From NCBI GenBank assembly GCA_030650425.1, contig JAUSED010000008.1, positions 196,554-260,553 on the forward strand: a stretch of 64,000 bases of DNA, written 5' to 3'. Shown here piece by piece: positions 61,412 to 64,000 of this stretch (positions are counted from its first letter, which is position 1; every line of letters begins with the position of its first letter). Position numbers and translations under genes: made by a program. The stretch comes from Candidatus Omnitrophota bacterium. GTDB taxonomy: Bacteria; Omnitrophota; Gorgyraeia; Gygaellales; Profunditerraquicolaceae. Below the pieces are notes generated by a model, which had not been told where the DNA came from, searched no databases, and saw only the letters and a program-made list of their open reading frames with translations.

Positions 61412-64000
61412 ATGGATAACTGGTGGCATTTAGATATTCAGGAGGTGGTTAAGAAACAAAGGACGGATCTCAATCAGGGCCTTTCTCTTCAGGAAGCCGG
61501 GATCAGGCTGGAGCAATACGGCCCAAATCAATTAAAAGAAGAGAAGGGGCGAACGCCAATAAGTATTTTCTTCGAGCAATTTCAGGATTTTATTGTCTGG
61601 GTTCTGATTGGCGCGGCATTGGTTTCGGGTTTCCTCAAAGAATGGATCGATGCTCTGGCGATTATCGCGATTGTCATTATCAATTCCATCCTGGGGTTTA
61701 TTCAGGAGTACCGCGCTGAGAAGTCATTAGCTGCTTTAAAAAAATTATCCTCTCCTAATTCCAAGGCCATCCGTGCCGGCCAGCTCAGCATCATTTCTTC
61801 AGTCGAATTAGTACCGGGTGATATCATTGAATTAGAATCCGGAGATAATATTCCGGCTGACTGCCGGCTCGTCTGGCTTACCTCCAATTTTTCGGTTCAG
61901 GAAGCAAGCCTTACCGGAGAATCCACCCCTGTTTTAAAAACAACACTTGCCTTGGAAGAAAAAGAAATCCCGCTTGCCGAGCGGGCAAATATAGCCTATT
62001 TGGGAACTTCGGTCGCTTCAGGTAAGGCCAAGGCATTAGTTGTGCAAACCGGCATGCAGACGGAGCTGGGAAAAATCGCCGGGATGGTGCAGGCAATCGA
62101 ACATGAGCCTACGCCTTTACAGAAAAAATTGGAAGAATTCGGCAAATGGATTGTATATTTATGTTTTGCTCTGGTAAGCTTGGTATTCCTCTTGGGATGG
62201 CTGCGCGGAGGCAAAATCGTAGATATGTTTTTAACCGCGGTGAGTTTAGCGGTCGCCGCTATCCCGGAAGGCCTGCCTGCCGTGGTCACCATTGCTTTAG
62301 CCTTAGGCGTACACCGGATGGTCAAGCGCCACGCGCTCATCCGCAAGCTGCCTTCTGTTGAGACCTTAGGCTGCGCGACGGTCATCTGTTCGGATAAAAC
62401 AGGCACGCTCACTAAAAATGAAATGACCGTGCAGAAATTATTTAGCGGAGGGAAGATCTTTGAGGTAACCGGTATCGGTTACGCGCCCAAGGGAGAGTTT
62501 TTATTGGAGAAAGAGCGCGTTAATATCGCTGATTATCCTGACGCGGGGAATCTGCTGCGTTACGGGGTGCTCTGTAATGGAGCCCAGTTGGTTGAAGATG
62601 CCGGCGGGGCTTATAAAATAGTCGGCGACCCTACAGAGGGGGCTCTTTTGACCGTTGCCGCTAAGGCCGGAATAACCAAAGAAATAGCCGAAAAAGAATT
62701 TTCTTTTGTGGACGAAATCCCTTTTGATGCTGAACGTAAAAAGATGACCGTAATCCGTAAGCACGCTGGCAGGATAATCGCGTTGGTCAAAGGCGCGCCG
62801 GATATGCTCTTAGGCGATTGCAGCAGGATTGAGGAGAACGGCGCTATGAGAAAATTAACCAGTCAGGATAAGGAGGGCATCCAAAAGATAAATAATGAAC
62901 TTGCGGGCGAGGCCTTGCGGGTGTTGGCTGTCGCTTATCGGGAGCTTGAAGAAGGCCCCCAGAGATATACCGCGGAGTTTGCCGAAAGAGATCTTATCTT
63001 CGCGGGTTTGGCCGCGATGATCGACCCGCCACGCGAAGAAGTAAAAAAGGCTATTGAGGAATGCAAGTCCGCCGGTATAAAAACGGTAATGATCACCGGA
63101 GACCATAAGAATACGGCAGTCGCGATAGCGCGGGCGTTAGGTTTTTTCAATGATCATTCTTTAGCGTTAAGCGGTGAAGAGCTGGATAAATTTAGCGATG
63201 AGGAGTTTTATCAGAAAGTAAAAACTATCTCGGTGTACGCGCGGGTTTCTCCCGAACATAAGTTAAGGGTGGTGCGCGCCTGGCGCAGGCATGGAGAAAT
63301 TGTGGCGATGACCGGTGACGGCGTGAATGACGCTCCGGCGGTGAAAGAGGCGGATATTGGCGTGGCCATGGGCATTACCGGTACGGACGTTACCAAAGAG
63401 GTATCGGATATGGTGGTCACCGACGATAACTTTGCCTCTATCGTTTCAGCTGTCGAAGAAGGCAGGGGAATCTATGACAATATAAGAAAATTCATTCATT
63501 ATCTTCTATCGTGCAATACCGGTGAAATACTGGTTATGTTTATTTCTTCTTTAATCGGGCTGCCGCTGCCGCTGCTTCCCATACATATCTTATGGGTTAA
63601 TTTAGTCACCGACGGCCTGCCCGCGCTGGCTTTGGGGGTAGATCCTGTTGACCCGCATATCATGCGGAGGCCGCCGCGCAAGTCCACTGAAGCAGTGATT
63701 ACTAAAGAGAGGGCATTTTTAATGCTCGCCCAAGGTTTCTTTATCGCCTTCTGTAGTTTACTGGCGTTTGTTTTTGTCCTCTTCATAGAAAAAGAAGGGA
63801 TTACCCGCGCCAGGACCGCGGCATTCATCGTGCTTGCCTGCGCGCAGTTATTTCATTCCTTTAACTGCAGAAGTATGACCGAATCTTTATTTAAATTAGG
63901 GGTCTTGACCAATAAGAAACTGGTTCTGGCGGTTTGCCTCTCCTTTCTTTTACAGATGCTGGTAGTATATGCGCCATTCCTGCAGAAAGTGTTTAAGACC
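61412..64000 (+). CDS. Ca2+-transporting P-type ATPase (P2A-like), 3'-partial; absent from the ORF track because it runs off the window
   Basis: Translated by hand from ATG 61412: YGPNQL, LTGES, IPEGLP, ICSDKTGTLT, KGAP, MITGD, TGDGVNDAP, WVNLVTDG. Confidence 0.93.
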   Translation, partial: MDNWWHLDIQEVVKKQRTDLNQGLSLQEAGIRLEQYGPNQLKEEKGRTPISIFFEQFQDFIVWVLIGAALVSGFLKEWIDALAIIAIVIINSILGFIQEYRAEKSLAALKKLSSPNSKAIRAGQLSIISSVELVPGDIIELESGDNIPADCRLVWLTSNFSVQEASLTGESTPVLKTTLALEEKEIPLAERANIAYLGTSVASGKAKALVVQTGMQTELGKIAGMVQAIEHEPTPLQKKLEEFGKWIVYLCFALVSLVFLLGWLRGGKIVDMFLTAVSLAVAAIPEGLPAVVTIALALGVHRMVKRHALIRKLPSVETLGCATVICSDKTGTLTKNEMTVQKLFSGGKIFEVTGIGYAPKGEFLLEKERVNIADYPDAGNLLRYGVLCNGAQLVEDAGGAYKIVGDPTEGALLTVAAKAGITKEIAEKEFSFVDEIPFDAERKKMTVIRKHAGRIIALVKGAPDMLLGDCSRIEENGAMRKLTSQDKEGIQKINNELAGEALRVLAVAYRELEEGPQRYTAEFAERDLIFAGLAAMIDPPREEVKKAIEECKSAGIKTVMITGDHKNTAVAIARALGFFNDHSLALSGEELDKFSDEEFYQKVKTISVYARVSPEHKLRVVRAWRRHGEIVAMTGDGVNDAPAVKEADIGVAMGITGTDVTKEVSDMVVTDDNFASIVSAVEEGRGIYDNIRKFIHYLLSCNTGEILVMFISSLIGLPLPLLPIHILWVNLVTDGLPALALGVDPVDPHIMRRPPRKSTEAVITKERAFLMLAQGFFIAFCSLLAFVFVLFIEKEGITRARTAAFIVLACAQLFHSFNCRSMTESLFKLGVLTNKKLVLAVCLSFLLQMLVVYAPFLQKVFKT

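Noticed and set aside
61702-63828. Numerous minus-strand ORFs here and elsewhere (e.g. 1768-2313, 13115-13558, 40773-41204)
   Set aside because: They are antisense shadows of well-supported + strand genes, here the P-type ATPase starting at 61412.
1-64000. CRISPR arrays, tRNA/rRNA genes, transposases or integrases
   Set aside because: No regularly spaced repeats, cloverleaf or rRNA signatures, or recombinase motifs were recognised by eye.

Overview
A 64-kb, almost entirely + strand window from a diderm bacterium. Gene content and style suggest Candidatus Omnitrophota or a relative (inference only). Core-type blocks lie at both ends: galT x2 and gap on the left; trxA-pta-ackA-panD-def-lipA-trxB-pckG-purC, acr3, phoBR, pstSCAB1B2-phoU and a partial Ca2+-type P-ATPase on the right. 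Between them is an accessory region of about 2.9-40.1 kb. Its most notable parts are: (1) a CRISPR-independent module of ECF sigma, soluble zinc-finger anti-sigma and a membrane-anchored CHAT(caspase-like)-TM-TPR protease, with an exactly repeated ECF-type promoter (GTTAGATTT-N10-TACGTCTATT) in front of both the anti-sigma/CHAT genes and a secreted beta-propeller protein; (2) two c-di-GMP-I riboswitches, one ahead of an unannotated 34-aa basic peptide and one ahead of a 99-aa secreted protein; (3) an atypical chaperone-usher-like pilus operon with two pilin paralogs and a chimeric outer-membrane assembly protein; (4) a four-copy palindromic operator-promoter associated with FixJ-like regulators; (5) a stress/glycolipid-type island with a patatin lipoprotein that appears to start at ATC; (6) REP-like palindromes sitting in frame inside coding genes; (7) a PstB pair with complementary degenerate ATPase motifs. 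No CRISPR array, rRNA, tRNA or transposase was seen. All family assignments come from motif recognition by eye, not from database searches.
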